From a virus: 64,000 bases of DNA. Shown one piece after another: positions 9,338 through 19,086 of the stretch (positions within the stretch are counted from its first letter, which is position 1; each line of letters begins with the position of its first letter). A model generated the notes under the pieces. It saw only the letters and a program-made list of their open reading frames with translations, was not told the origin of the DNA and searched no databases. The stretch spans positions 121,328-185,327 of the IMG/VR virus record IMGVR_UViG_3300027987_000212; one strand, written 5' to 3'. The translations under genes were made by a program, and so were the position numbers.

Positions 9338-10330
9338 CTACGTACCTGATTCTTTCACGCAGGACCGAACTAAGGGAAGCGCCCTACCGCCCATGCTCGG
9401 CCCGCGCAACCCAGCTCTATGGGGGTACGGGAAACGAACTGTGACTCGTTGCGCAGGATTCAACGGATGCGGCTGCTTGGGAAGAAACACCTCCCTAGTA
9501 CCGGCTGGGTCAGGTGTCGCCCCGTACACATCACTTGCTCCTGGCGCAAACGATGGAGGAAAGCAGTGCTCCTGATGTACTGGGTACTCGTGCGTTGCAG
9601 CCGCGGGCACACCCAGCGACTCAACGGTCTGAAGGTTGGTACTCAGCTGCGTGCGGATGTTCTGCACGATACGCTGACTCAGCGGTGTAGTGGCACTAGT
9701 CCGGTAGAACTGGTAAGGCACCCCCACGGAGGACACGTACCACTCATCACCCGAGTCTTGCTGAATGACGGCACTAGCACTCGAGGGCGGAGAGACTTGT
9801 ACGTTCTGCCCTATTTCGAAGAAGCCTCGCCGCAAGAATTCGTCTCGAAACAACCACACGTGCTCCGCAATCACCCAAGCCAAGTTGTGAGCAACAATGT
9901 CGCTACGCGCACTGACGTTAACCGTGAGCGACCCTGGTACCAGTGATGAGCGCACCTGCCGCCCTGTACGGGGGTCGTAGTGCAGTAAGTCGCCGAGTCC
10001 CATCGAGTAGAACTGCACCGCGCCCATCGTGAGATTGATGGCTGGTCGCGCGTTAACAGACGCCACATTGATGGGATTCTCGTCTCGAATCACTATCTCG
10101 GTAGTCGTCTCATCCTCATCCCAGTGGTAGCAGCCCGGCGGCGCTGTCTGAAAGAGGCCCTGCAAGAACGAGATGACGAGTACCCGTACATGCTGCAGCG
10201 GGGCGTACGCCATACTGCTTTCGGGGTAGCCGTCAGCTGGCGCTACCTCATGAACCCTGAATGGCACGTTGTATCCTCCGCTGCTCTTCCTGCTTCCACA
10301 AAGAATACGCCAAACCAGAGGCCGTGCCAA
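9338..10330 (-). CDS. putative tail completion/terminator protein
   Basis: 330 aa between neck genes and sheath; call is positional. Confidence 0.55.
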   Translation of the reverse strand: MARPLVWRILCGSRKSSGGYNVPFRVHEVAPADGYPESSMAYAPLQHVRVLVISFLQGLFQTAPPGCYHWDEDETTTEIVIRDENPINVASVNARPAINLTMGAVQFYSMGLGDLLHYDPRTGRQVRSSLVPGSLTVNVSARSDIVAHNLAWVIAEHVWLFRDEFLRRGFFEIGQNVQVSPPSSASAVIQQDSGDEWYVSSVGVPYQFYRTSATTPLSQRIVQNIRTQLSTNLQTVESLGVPAAATHEYPVHQEHCFPPSFAPGASDVYGATPDPAGTREVFLPKQPHPLNPAQRVTVRFPYPHRAGLRGPSMGGRALPLVRSCVKESGT

Positions 10331-10577
10331 TCACAGGGGCGAGTGTCCGAGCTACCCGTGCCCCTCGAGCAGCTCCTTGCCCGGGGCTGACCTTGGAAAT
10401 GAGGTGCCCCGCGCCGCGTCCGGCAGCAATGCCGGTACCAAATCCTAGCGTACCAAGTCCGATGTGCTTCAGCGCCGTCAAGTACCGACGTCCTTCGGCA
10501 TCCTCACGCTCTTCTGCCGCCTTTTTCGAGAAAGCAGTTGAACGTTCAAAAAACTGAGCAAACGTAGCATGCTTCAC
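10248..10577 (-). CDS. small KxA/glycine-zipper protein
   Basis: KHAT and KKAA motifs; IGLGTLGFGTGIAAG hydrophobic Gly-zipper. Confidence 0.6.
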   Translation of the reverse strand: MKHATFAQFFERSTAFSKKAAEEREDAEGRRYLTALKHIGLGTLGFGTGIAAGRGAGHLISKVSPGQGAARGARVARTLAPVIGTASGLAYSLWKQEEQRRIQRAIQGS

Positions 10578-11482
10578 GACTTCACCTCAGGATAGCTAGT
10601 ACTATACAACTGCAGTACCCCCGGGTACTCCTCATTGGTGAACGATACTAGTGAATGCGGGTTGCTGAAGTTACGCGCAGGAGACAACCACAAGTCCTCA
10701 AGCGCTGCGCCGGGGTCTAGCGGGATGCGATACTCCATGTCGCTATTGGGAATCTTGTGTATCTGAAATTCCTGATGTAGCGGCGCACGCAGTTGCTCAG
10801 TGGCAGAACCCTGCACAACTCGCCACCTGACATTCTCCGGTTCGATGATGAGGTCTCCCGGCTTCAGCGGAGGCCAGTACCCCATCCGCCCCGTCGTATC
10901 ACTTTGCTGGAGAGGCCCCACGCTAGTATGCTGCCGCGCCTTTGGACTTGGGTCTATGGATACCCAAGATTCGATAGGGGTGTAGTAGCCTCGAAAGAAC
11001 CCAGTATCGAAGCAGGACACGCACTGGGTCTTGGTACGTTTCTGCAGGGTCTTACTCCAGCAATCCTGGCATCTCGGACCAAACGTACGGACTGGCAGCA
11101 CCCAACACCGTCGACCGATGAACTCCCGAAAGAGCAAGTTCATCTGCTTACGTATCTCAGTCGCGATGAGGTCCGCATCAGCACCACGGGAAGCGCCCTC
11201 TGAATCCACAGAAAGGCTGTCCCGTTTACGCGTGACACGAACCTTGTAGTACAGCTCGCGCAAGTCATGGTTACCTGGGATAGCCCGGTCCACGAACATG
11301 TACTGGTCTTCTAGCGGTTGCGATACCTCGACGAAGGGCCCTTCTGGTCCTTCAGAGCGCAGTACACGAAACTGGTAGTCGAAAACTTCGCCCGTTGTGT
11401 CGTTCGTCTTCCACGACACCACGTTGAAGTCCACATCCAGTGAGCGTACTGCCAGCTCCGTGACACGCAGGGCCAGTGCCAT
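10574..11482 (-). CDS. putative head closure/neck protein
   Basis: FN3-like N-terminus (VSWK..DYQFRVLRSEGPEGPF) and CxxC pair CQDC/CVSC; neck position. Confidence 0.6.
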   Translation of the reverse strand: MALALRVTELAVRSLDVDFNVVSWKTNDTTGEVFDYQFRVLRSEGPEGPFVEVSQPLEDQYMFVDRAIPGNHDLRELYYKVRVTRKRDSLSVDSEGASRGADADLIATEIRKQMNLLFREFIGRRCWVLPVRTFGPRCQDCWSKTLQKRTKTQCVSCFDTGFFRGYYTPIESWVSIDPSPKARQHTSVGPLQQSDTTGRMGYWPPLKPGDLIIEPENVRWRVVQGSATEQLRAPLHQEFQIHKIPNSDMEYRIPLDPGAALEDLWLSPARNFSNPHSLVSFTNEEYPGVLQLYSTSYPEVKS

Positions 11483-11484
11483 GG

Positions 11485-12291
11485 TCAGCTCGTGGCACGC
11501 CCCGCGAGGAGCCCTGCACCGAGCCCAGCCGCCCCCGTAGCCACCGCAGGATGCTTGGCAGCGAACTGCAACGCTGAGCGGCCCGCAGTCTGCAGACCAG
11601 CACCCATACCTCCACGCTGGAAAGCGGCTGTGGTACGCCCAACTCCCTTCGCAAGAGTGCCTCCGGCGCCCTGCAGCCCTGTCTTTGCTGCACCCAACAG
11701 CCCCTTGGCTAGAGCCGCGGTAAAGGCCTCCTTGTGTTGAGCCTCCTTGACCGCCGCCGAAAAGCGCGCGCGGACCTCCGCTTCCTTGTTACCCGCCTGT
11801 GGTTGCTGCGGGGGCGGAGGGGCAACTGAGGGGTCGGGAACGGTGACAGGCTCTTCGTCATCCTCGCCGCCTTCCTCGCCTTCCTCGTCCTCGGGCGCGC
11901 CGCCCTCCTCCAACGCAGCCAGCTCGAGTTCGAGCAGTTTGCGGCGCACGCACAAGTCATTACGCTGAAGGTCGCGTTTCTCCCAGTCATCGTGCTGCCG
12001 AAGCTGCTGTTCCTGCTGGCGACGCGCATGCCGCATAGCGTTCTCTTCCATGGTCAGCGCCAGCTCCTCTCGAGCAAGTGCGTACGCCTGGTCGAACAGC
12101 TCCGTACCCTTGAACTTCTCGAGCCATTCCGTATCTTCCCCGCCACCGTAGGCCAGCTTCTCCTGGCCCGTTGCCAACTCGTACAGAATGTCCTGCGGTA
12201 GCTGCGCCAACCGCGCGTTGAGGGTGGTACGTGCCTCCGCCAGCTTACATTGGCCGTAGGACGCTTCCAAGAATTGGTCCAACATGGTCAC
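11485..12291 (-). CDS. KxA-motif virion protein with C-terminal glycine zipper
   Basis: KLAE, KLAY, KEAE, KEAQ, KEAF motifs; C-terminus AVATGAAGLGAGLLAG. Confidence 0.7.
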   Translation of the reverse strand: MTMLDQFLEASYGQCKLAEARTTLNARLAQLPQDILYELATGQEKLAYGGGEDTEWLEKFKGTELFDQAYALAREELALTMEENAMRHARRQQEQQLRQHDDWEKRDLQRNDLCVRRKLLELELAALEEGGAPEDEEGEEGGEDDEEPVTVPDPSVAPPPPQQPQAGNKEAEVRARFSAAVKEAQHKEAFTAALAKGLLGAAKTGLQGAGGTLAKGVGRTTAAFQRGGMGAGLQTAGRSALQFAAKHPAVATGAAGLGAGLLAGRATS

Positions 12292-14138
12292 CTCCGAAGG
12301 GCGTCAACGCCCTGTTTCAAACGCTTCACCGCAGCCATCAGCTCCGGCCCTGACGTAGCCATCGTAACGCCTCCAGCCAGTCCTCCCAAAATTGCAGCGC
12401 GACGGGGGTTGGTTTCCGCACGTTCAGCCGGACGTAGTGCCCTGTACGTTCGGGCTAGCTCCTTGGTCGTCTTTTCGTCCCCCGGCTCGCGCTTTTCTGC
12501 GAGGCGCCCCGCATGCTCCCGCAGTCCAGGGGCCTTCTTGCCAGCGAGGAGCGCCCCGCCCGCGCCGAGCAGGGCTCCACCGGCCGCCCACGGCGCCCGC
12601 GCCTTCACCGCTGCTGCCGCACTACCCTGCTTGGTCGCAAGTTCGCCGCCGGCCGCCGCCACCGGCCGCGCCGACCCCGGCCCGCTGCCCGCAACAGCCC
12701 CACCGGGAGTATTCGGACCCCCGACACCCTCCGTCGGCGCGCTCGCCCCGCCTTGCGCATCTGGCGCCTCTCCTGCTGCCCCTTCCATGTTGGGGTCACC
12801 CAAAGCAGCGTCGGGCATGGGCGACGCCAACTGCACCGGGTCCTGTGCAGCCAGCTGCAGCATGGCCTGCCGCATCTTCTCGGTACCGATACGCAAGTTG
12901 GCAATCTCCCGCGCTTGCTCGGTCGACGACATGTTAGCCTCGAGCGCTTGTTGGGTGCGCTCCTGCACTTCACCCCCCAACTGGTCTGCCTGCTGCTGCG
13001 TCTGCGACAACTGCGCCTGCGCATCTTGCATGGCCTGCGTGGCCTCACGCATCTTCTGCCGGTAGAACGCTGCCTCGTTCTGCCCTTGAATCTCTCGTGC
13101 CTGGCTCTCCTGCTCGAGGTACGCCGCAGGGTCCGAGCCGAACGCCACCTTCACCGAAGCATTCTTCCGAATATCCACCTCGGTGCCCAGCTCCTTACCC
13201 GCCTTGTTTCCCACTAGGTACCCGATACCCGCACCTATGGAGGGGCCCATCGGATGCTTCAAGTACTTGTTGCCGAGTAGGTACCCACCGGCAGCCCCAA
13301 GGGCACCCCCGGCAGTTGCCCCGAGTCGCTCACCGCGACGACCCTTCTCCCTATGTGCTTCTGCGGACAAGTTGGCGATAGCTCGTTCGCGACCCTTCTC
13401 TCTGGCCGCCGCATCTTCCGAGCCACGCTTCTCACGCAACTTGTCCGCAGTCAGACAAAAGGCGAACTTCTGCCGCAGCAAAGCGACTTTCTCCTCAGGT
13501 AGCCCAGTCGACTCTTCCGCAGCACCTTCCGGCACTTCCTCAGGTATCTCCTGAGGTATGGTGGGAACAAGCGAACCTTGCGACGCCCCCTGCGGCATCA
13601 TCTGCCACATCTCATCCAAGTGATGTTGGTCCTTGAGCATGTGCTCCTCGATACCAACACGCATTGGGTTGTCTTCGCCGACCATCTCCCGCAGCTCACG
13701 CTGGACAAGGATGCCCTCCTGCTCTGCTCGAGCCAGGATGTTGAAGATGGTGATGGGCTCACTTGCCGGCGGGGGTACCTCCACATCCTCGTAGTGCACC
13801 GGCCCTCCAAGGGCAGCCGCACGCTTCAAGTAGTACTCGAAGCCCTCACGTTCATCCTCAGCGTGTTCGTAGAACTCAGTCTTGGTGGCGCGCCAACCCT
13901 CGCCTTTCAAGCTTTGCGCGTATGTGTAGTACGCAAGCATGAGGCGAGCCTTGGCAGTAATCACCTGCTTCAACTTGTCGAGAAGCTCGACCGCCGAAAC
14001 AGCGAAGCGTCCCTCCATCACGCCTTCCTGGTCAGGTGGGTCTGTCCATGAGGCGGTCTTCATCTTGGTGAAGAAAGCCGCACCCGCCGCAAAAGGGATA
14101 GCCCGCGTGCCAACTAGCGCCCGTGCAAACTTGTCCAT
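12288..14138 (-). CDS. KxA-motif virion protein with ferritin-like domain and glycine zippers
   Basis: FYEHAEDERE..YLKRAAALGG and AEQEG..EEHMLKDQHHL ferritin-like pattern; several GxxxG segments. Confidence 0.75.
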   Translation of the reverse strand: MDKFARALVGTRAIPFAAGAAFFTKMKTASWTDPPDQEGVMEGRFAVSAVELLDKLKQVITAKARLMLAYYTYAQSLKGEGWRATKTEFYEHAEDEREGFEYYLKRAAALGGPVHYEDVEVPPPASEPITIFNILARAEQEGILVQRELREMVGEDNPMRVGIEEHMLKDQHHLDEMWQMMPQGASQGSLVPTIPQEIPEEVPEGAAEESTGLPEEKVALLRQKFAFCLTADKLREKRGSEDAAAREKGRERAIANLSAEAHREKGRRGERLGATAGGALGAAGGYLLGNKYLKHPMGPSIGAGIGYLVGNKAGKELGTEVDIRKNASVKVAFGSDPAAYLEQESQAREIQGQNEAAFYRQKMREATQAMQDAQAQLSQTQQQADQLGGEVQERTQQALEANMSSTEQAREIANLRIGTEKMRQAMLQLAAQDPVQLASPMPDAALGDPNMEGAAGEAPDAQGGASAPTEGVGGPNTPGGAVAGSGPGSARPVAAAGGELATKQGSAAAAVKARAPWAAGGALLGAGGALLAGKKAPGLREHAGRLAEKREPGDEKTTKELARTYRALRPAERAETNPRRAAILGGLAGGVTMATSGPELMAAVKRLKQGVDALRR

Positions 14139-14139
14139 G

Positions 14140-14607
14140 TTACGCGTTCTCCACTACTACCAGGTAGCTGCCAGGAGTCTCGACTACGATTTGAATGAAA
14201 CGAGGAGCGGTGCCCGAAGGGGCGTTGTACACCACGCCCACCTCATTTACTTGGTCCCCGAACCCTAGTAATGCATTGGCTGTACCATCCTTTGAGATGG
14301 TGACCCCACCTGAGACGGTAGTCTCATGCAGCGCAATGTGCCCCTCGTGAACGTGCGCATCGACGCCAGTCGTCTGTGCCTCAATTTGAGCTAGTACCTG
14401 CGCTATCGTCAGCGGTACCTGCGCGCCCCCGCTGTTGAACGTCACTGTGTTCGCATTGGGGGCCAAGAAAATCAGCGTCTTGTTGTGCAAGTACAGCGAA
14501 CTCGGCCGTGCGGTGAGGTCTACCCCACTCACGATGCCACCGTTCAGGAAGTGATTGACGCCATTGATGCCGCCAAGCCTACGCAGATACAACTTCGCCT
14601 GTGCCAT
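14140..14607 (-). CDS. virion protein resembling the sheath insertion repeats
   Basis: VTF..LTIAQVLAQIEAQTTG..GTANALLG matches sheath repeat VTF..AVLSQIDAQTTG..GTALSVLG. Confidence 0.65.
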   Translation of the reverse strand: MAQAKLYLRRLGGINGVNHFLNGGIVSGVDLTARPSSLYLHNKTLIFLAPNANTVTFNSGGAQVPLTIAQVLAQIEAQTTGVDAHVHEGHIALHETTVSGGVTISKDGTANALLGFGDQVNEVGVVYNAPSGTAPRFIQIVVETPGSYLVVVENA

Positions 14608-14613
14608 GTGACC

Positions 14614-15117
14614 TCAGTAACTCAAGTAGGTGGCGTTGATTGCCCAGAGCTCGGAGTGCACACCACTAGCCCCCGAGTCCAGTAACTGACTGATGTTCAA
14701 ACTCACCTTCACCTGCGTCAGCCGTTGTTCAATGAAAGAACGAAAGTACTGCAGCCAGTTCATGATGAGCGGCGTCTTGTCGTTCACGCCCACGTTCAAC
14801 CCGCCATTGGAGTAGTTGATGTGATTGCGTGTTTGCAGTAAGCCAACAGACTCCAGCACGCCTACTGTTACCATACGCAACAGAAGTGCGTGCTGGTTCA
14901 ACTGCAGTAGGTCGTCGAGGCTGAGCCTAGTGAAATGTGGCGTGCCATTGAACCACGCAACAGCATCAAGCACCGCCCACGCGAGGAACCGGTCTGAAGA
15001 CTCCACGCCAGCCAGCAGCCGGTTCAACTCGGGGTGGTCCCGCAGGTAAGCGCGCACGACTGGTACGAAGGCCTTCATCGTAGGCGACATCCCTACCAGT
15101 GTTTCCAGCTCAGCCAT
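14614..15117 (-). CDS. head-tail adaptor (neck) protein, probable
   Basis: Helical 167 aa protein with NHINYSNGGLNVGVNDK loop; position downstream of capsid genes. Confidence 0.6.
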   Translation of the reverse strand: MAELETLVGMSPTMKAFVPVVRAYLRDHPELNRLLAGVESSDRFLAWAVLDAVAWFNGTPHFTRLSLDDLLQLNQHALLLRMVTVGVLESVGLLQTRNHINYSNGGLNVGVNDKTPLIMNWLQYFRSFIEQRLTQVKVSLNISQLLDSGASGVHSELWAINATYLSY

Positions 15118-15119
15118 GC

Positions 15120-15545
15120 CTACCTCCGGGACTTCTTACCTCTGGACGCCCTTCTCGCATCCTCAGGTGAGGCCTCTGCCTCCTTGGGCGCGTCACCCTC
15201 TTCTACCTCCGGGAGTACCGGGGTGTCCAACGCGGTTTGCGCAGGAGCCGATTCCTCCAAAAGGCCTTCCTCCTCGGGCGGGGGAGGCGCGCGCGGCGGG
15301 GGAGGCGGAGGAGACGGCTGAGTTGGCGTGCGTGGACGATACCAACTCGGCAGCTCCCCCTCCACGAGTACACCACGACACGCCCAGTAGTCGATGTCCG
15401 CTGCCACCCCTGCCCTGTCCTGCACCTGAACGGTACATCCCGGGGCCACAGGCATCCCGCCGACACGAACAGACGCTCCGACTAAACCAGCCTGGCGTAG
15501 TCGAGCTGTTTCGACATCGGCGATGTTTGTGACCGTACGCCTCAC
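15120..15545 (-). CDS. hypothetical protein, Pro/Glu-rich tail
   Basis: ATGA-coupled ORF in the head operon. Confidence 0.6.
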   Translation of the reverse strand: MRRTVTNIADVETARLRQAGLVGASVRVGGMPVAPGCTVQVQDRAGVAADIDYWACRGVLVEGELPSWYRPRTPTQPSPPPPPPRAPPPPEEEGLLEESAPAQTALDTPVLPEVEEGDAPKEAEASPEDARRASRGKKSRR

Positions 15546-16192
15546 CGACTCTTACCCTTCCCACCTTTGCCCGTCGGAGGCCGAGCAACTGGCGCGGGCG
15601 GGGCCAACGGCGAGGGTGTGGGAGCAGCAGCAGCAGCAGCAGCAGCAGCCTCCGCGGAAGCGGGAGCCTCCGCACTCTCTTCTTCGACGGCAGCAGCCTC
15701 CGCACTATCGCGGGTGCCCTCCTCCAGACTATCGGAGACCGACGCATTTTCTTCGGCAGCCTCCGACGTTTCCTCCAAGGTTGGCTTGAGCAAGTCCGGC
15801 AACTCCCCGCGCGCATGTACCGACGGCTCGATTCCAGCATTCGGGGAAGCTGTCGCCGGGCGGACTGGGTTCACGTCGTTGTTGGCATCGTCCAGGGGGA
15901 AGTTCGGGTTTACCTCGGCTGGAGGTGGTGCCGCTATGGACACCCTCAACGACTTGAGGTCGACCACGGCGCCAGCCGGCGTGCGCACCTCGAGCGCACC
16001 GGCTTCGATGGCGGCATTCAACATGTCGAAGTTGGCTTCCAAGAATGCGCGGTCGACCCGCTTTGGGCGCCCCCGCTTGACCGAGAGCTCACCCACCCGT
16101 TGATGCAGCCGAGCTCGGGTAGGCTGAGCCGTTCGAACAGACTTGGTACGCTTGCTGCGTACCGTGTTGTGCAGGTAGTAGATGGCTGACAT
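15542..16192 (-). CDS. hypothetical protein with low-complexity Ala/Glu/Pro tail
   Basis: 216 aa; GAGG RBS; includes a (GCA)8 tract. Confidence 0.65.
   Translation of the reverse strand: MSAIYYLHNTVRSKRTKSVRTAQPTRARLHQRVGELSVKRGRPKRVDRAFLEANFDMLNAAIEAGALEVRTPAGAVVDLKSLRVSIAAPPPAEVNPNFPLDDANNDVNPVRPATASPNAGIEPSVHARGELPDLLKPTLEETSEAAEENASVSDSLEEGTRDSAEAAAVEEESAEAPASAEAAAAAAAAAPTPSPLAPPAPVARPPTGKGGKGKSR
15624..15647. repeat. (GCA)8 microsatellite encoding poly-Ala
   Basis: Read directly from the sequence. Confidence 0.8.
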
Positions 16193-16200
16193 CAGCTACC

Positions 16201-16889
16201 TCAGGTGTTCGCAGAAGCGTCGTATTCGTAGAAGAGGGCGTAGTCCCGCGTGTCGTTGGGGGCATTGGCCGGCGTGTACGTTCCGTGCGGGCCTTGCGTT
16301 GCTGCGTCCGCAAAGGCACCAGTGGTGACACCTCTAGAAGGACTGCTGCAAGACCCGCCCGAGACAAGAGGGGCTTGCCCAGGCCAATCCGAGCGCCGAA
16401 GCCAATGGTCAACGCACCGCCCGTACCGCCTTGCGCGGGGATGTCGACCTGCTCCACCGAAGCGAAGGCCTTCAACCCTGCGTCGGTGACACCGCCACCG
16501 TCCGTCAGCGTGATGTTCTCGGTCAGGGCATCTCCGTTGATGTCCGTACCCGTAACGACTACGACCACCGCGTCGATGTCCGCGTGTGTCGTGGTCGTGA
16601 TGGTGATGTTGCGTGGAGGACTGATAGCGCCTGCGCCGATGACGCCGTTCAGAGCAGCCCCCGAGTAGCTCACTGGCGAAGCCGAGGAAGCGATGGAAGT
16701 CTTGATGGCATCGACATCGGCGACGGGGACGTTGGTGAACTCCTCCACGGCAACAGCTGCGTTGGCCGCGAAGTCGCGTTTGATGTCTGCGCGAAGGTCT
16801 GCCACCTCCGCTTGAATACCGCCGCTGCCGCGCAGCAAGTGCTGTTTGACCGCATTCTGCGAACTGAACTGACCAGAACCGAGACTCAT
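16201..16889 (-). CDS. putative head decoration protein, frameshifted near 16330
   Basis: N-terminal part in the 16089..16889 frame; natural C-terminus (VTTGAFADAATQGPHGTYTP..YEYDASANT*) in the 16201..17103 frame; stop abuts the next RBS. Confidence 0.65.
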
Positions 16890-16912
16890 GATGACGTAAC
16901 TCCTTGTCCTTC

Positions 16913-16952
16913 AAAAACAGAAAGGGCGCCGGGCCAACCGGCTCCGACGCCC
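16913..16952 (-). terminator. Rho-independent terminator after the major capsid gene
   Basis: GGGCGTCGG/CCGGCGCCC stem with inner GCC/GGC pairs, followed by TTTCTGTTTTT. Confidence 0.75.
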
Positions 16953-16987
16953 AATCCAAACCAGAATACCGACCCGGTACTGAAGCG

Positions 16988-18106
16988 TCAGTACGCGTTG
17001 ATTTGCGGGAACCGCAAGCCTTGGTCGAGACGGTTGTTCGGCGTACCCAGCTGGTCTTCCTCCACCGGGACGAAGTTGCTGATGAGCGTCTGGCTGCCCG
17101 CATTCGGGTTGGCGTTGCCGGAGTACAGCTCGCACTTCACGACTGCCGCCACGTTGGCGATGCCCATGGCGATGTCTTCCCACGCCTGCCACGAGATGAG
17201 GTTCGCGACCTTGTCGATGTAGAACTTCGTGTTGTTCAGGATGTAGAACTTCGCGAAAAACTCTGGCTTCGTGATGCAGTAGATGTTGCCGGGGCGCAAG
17301 ATGTCCGTCTTGATGGTACGCACGTAGGCACGTCCCAAGATGGTGTTGTACTTGTACCCGTCGACCGTCGTTTCCGACTGCACACGGTCACCGAAGTCTT
17401 CGACGGTCCATTGCAACATGTCGTCGAAGTCGGGGTCGGAGATGAGCGTCGTTTCGGCGCGCAACCGACGACCATCGAGGCGCTTGTATATGTTCACGAA
17501 GTCGGGGCGCTGAACAGGCCACACCACTGCGGTGTCCGCGGTCTGGCTTCGCGCAAGCTCCCCCTTGAAGATGGAGTACTCCACCGTCGCACCGATGGTC
17601 GAAGCCGCCAATGCTGCGGCGGTACCGCCGTTGGCTTCCGTCTGCAGTGCTTGGCAGGCGGACTCCATGTGAATGGTGAACTCACGGTCTTCGATTTCAC
17701 CGATGTCCTTCACCGAGTTCTCCTCGATGATTTTGGTGATGGGCATCTCGTACGCGAGCAACTCTTGCTCGGTCTTCTGGAACATCTCCGAAGAGATGGT
17801 GAAGAAGCCAACAGCGAAACGTCGACCGCTGATGACACGTGCGGAGGGCTGACCTCGGAACGAAATCGACATCGCACGAGATTGTGGCTCCATGTCCACA
17901 ATCTTGATGAGAGTGTCGTGGTTCACGCTGCGCTGGCAATCAGCGCGGGTGACCTGCTGCGGGGGAATCAACTTCCTGGTGTACGCGACTTCGCGTAGAC
18001 GGTCTCGCACATAGCTACCACCGTACTCTGCGACCTTCTCTTTTCCCTCCGCTGTTGCCACCTTCTGGGTGAAGAGGTCGTTCAACATCTGTGCCGGAAC
18101 GCTCAT
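16988..18106 (-). CDS. major capsid protein (probable)
   Basis: 372 aa; follows protease, scaffold-like and decoration genes; strong terminator downstream; N-terminal KVA motifs. Confidence 0.75.
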   Translation of the reverse strand: MSVPAQMLNDLFTQKVATAEGKEKVAEYGGSYVRDRLREVAYTRKLIPPQQVTRADCQRSVNHDTLIKIVDMEPQSRAMSISFRGQPSARVISGRRFAVGFFTISSEMFQKTEQELLAYEMPITKIIEENSVKDIGEIEDREFTIHMESACQALQTEANGGTAAALAASTIGATVEYSIFKGELARSQTADTAVVWPVQRPDFVNIYKRLDGRRLRAETTLISDPDFDDMLQWTVEDFGDRVQSETTVDGYKYNTILGRAYVRTIKTDILRPGNIYCITKPEFFAKFYILNNTKFYIDKVANLISWQAWEDIAMGIANVAAVVKCELYSGNANPNAGSQTLISNFVPVEEDQLGTPNNRLDQGLRFPQINAY

Positions 18107-18142
18107 GATTCTGGGTGTCCTTTCTCTCTTCTACCCGTGGGG

Positions 18143-18664
18143 TCAGATACTGCTGGCCAAACGGAAGCGAAGCTTGCCGCCGTTCACAGCCGGCAACCTG
18201 GTGACGCGTGCAACGATGGGTTCACCGTCGCCGACAACTGCGCCGACGAGGCCAATCTTCACGAGCCCGCTGATTGTGATGGAAGCGACCTTGAGTGGCT
18301 GCCCCGTGAAAGTGATGGCAGCGCCACCGCTGACGACGGCCGTAGCATCGAAGATGCGCGTGTCGGCCTCGAGGAAGCCTTGCCAGATGAGTGGGACGGC
18401 TTTTCTGGACATGGCCTGGATGTCCGAACGACCCTGCTCCGCGTAGACCGGGTAGGACGTCTGCGTAGCAACATTGCCTGCGCCACTACGGTCGCAAGCA
18501 ACAGCTGCCTTGTAGCTGTTGTCGATAATCATCCACTCGCCATCGACGAGAGGGTTGGCCCCGTTGGGGTCGGCCAGCGTCGGGTCGGCCAAAGAGAAGT
18601 CGCGACGCTGAGTGGCCAAAAGGTCACTGAACGGCTCGAAGTTGACGCGCTGAACTGTGCTCAT
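18143..18664 (-). CDS. putative capsid decoration/cement protein
   Basis: 173 aa beta-rich ORF immediately upstream of the capsid gene. Confidence 0.6.
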   Translation of the reverse strand: MSTVQRVNFEPFSDLLATQRRDFSLADPTLADPNGANPLVDGEWMIIDNSYKAAVACDRSGAGNVATQTSYPVYAEQGRSDIQAMSRKAVPLIWQGFLEADTRIFDATAVVSGGAAITFTGQPLKVASITISGLVKIGLVGAVVGDGEPIVARVTRLPAVNGGKLRFRLASSI

Positions 18665-18694
18665 GTTCCTTGTTCCTCCTGCTGTTGCTGCTGG

Positions 18695-19051
18695 TTAGCT
18701 ACCAACGTTCCCTATCAGATACGCGGTGAGCTGGTCAGCTACCGCCCCACCAGGGACACCAGACTGTGATGCAAACGGGAAGCTAGGTCCCATCATATCA
18801 ACAGCCCGAGTGATTTCTCCAAGTTTGCCGGCCTGCGCTTCCTTGCGCAGGTCCATTACGAGGGTGTCCAAGTCTTGGTCCACGTTCACACCTCGCGCGT
18901 GCATTGCCTGTGCGACTTTCACGCACTCACGCTCTTCATGCAGGTCTGCCAGCTCTGCAGCCAGCTTGTCTCGCTCCTCTGTGAGCAGCAAAACAGTCTG
19001 CTGCGCTTCTCGCAACACCCTGGCAACCTTCGTACTCGACAACTTCTCCAT
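18695..19051 (-). CDS. KxA-motif coiled-coil protein, scaffold-like
   Basis: KVAR, KLAA, KVAQ, KEAQ motifs in 118 aa. Confidence 0.7.
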   Translation of the reverse strand: MEKLSSTKVARVLREAQQTVLLLTEERDKLAAELADLHEERECVKVAQAMHARGVNVDQDLDTLVMDLRKEAQAGKLGEITRAVDMMGPSFPFASQSGVPGGAVADQLTAYLIGNVGS

Positions 19052-19086
19052 TTTGGGTACCTCTCAAGTGAACGGAGGCGCAAGCC

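Noticed and set aside
15624-15647. (GCA)8 tract as a phase-variation switch
   Set aside because: Triplet unit keeps the frame and sits in a low-complexity Ala-rich tail
16904-17998. 364-aa antisense ORF over the capsid gene, and many similar long alternative-frame ORFs in the track
   Set aside because: Shadow ORFs expected in GC-rich DNA; no RBS, no motifs, and fully overlapped by better genes
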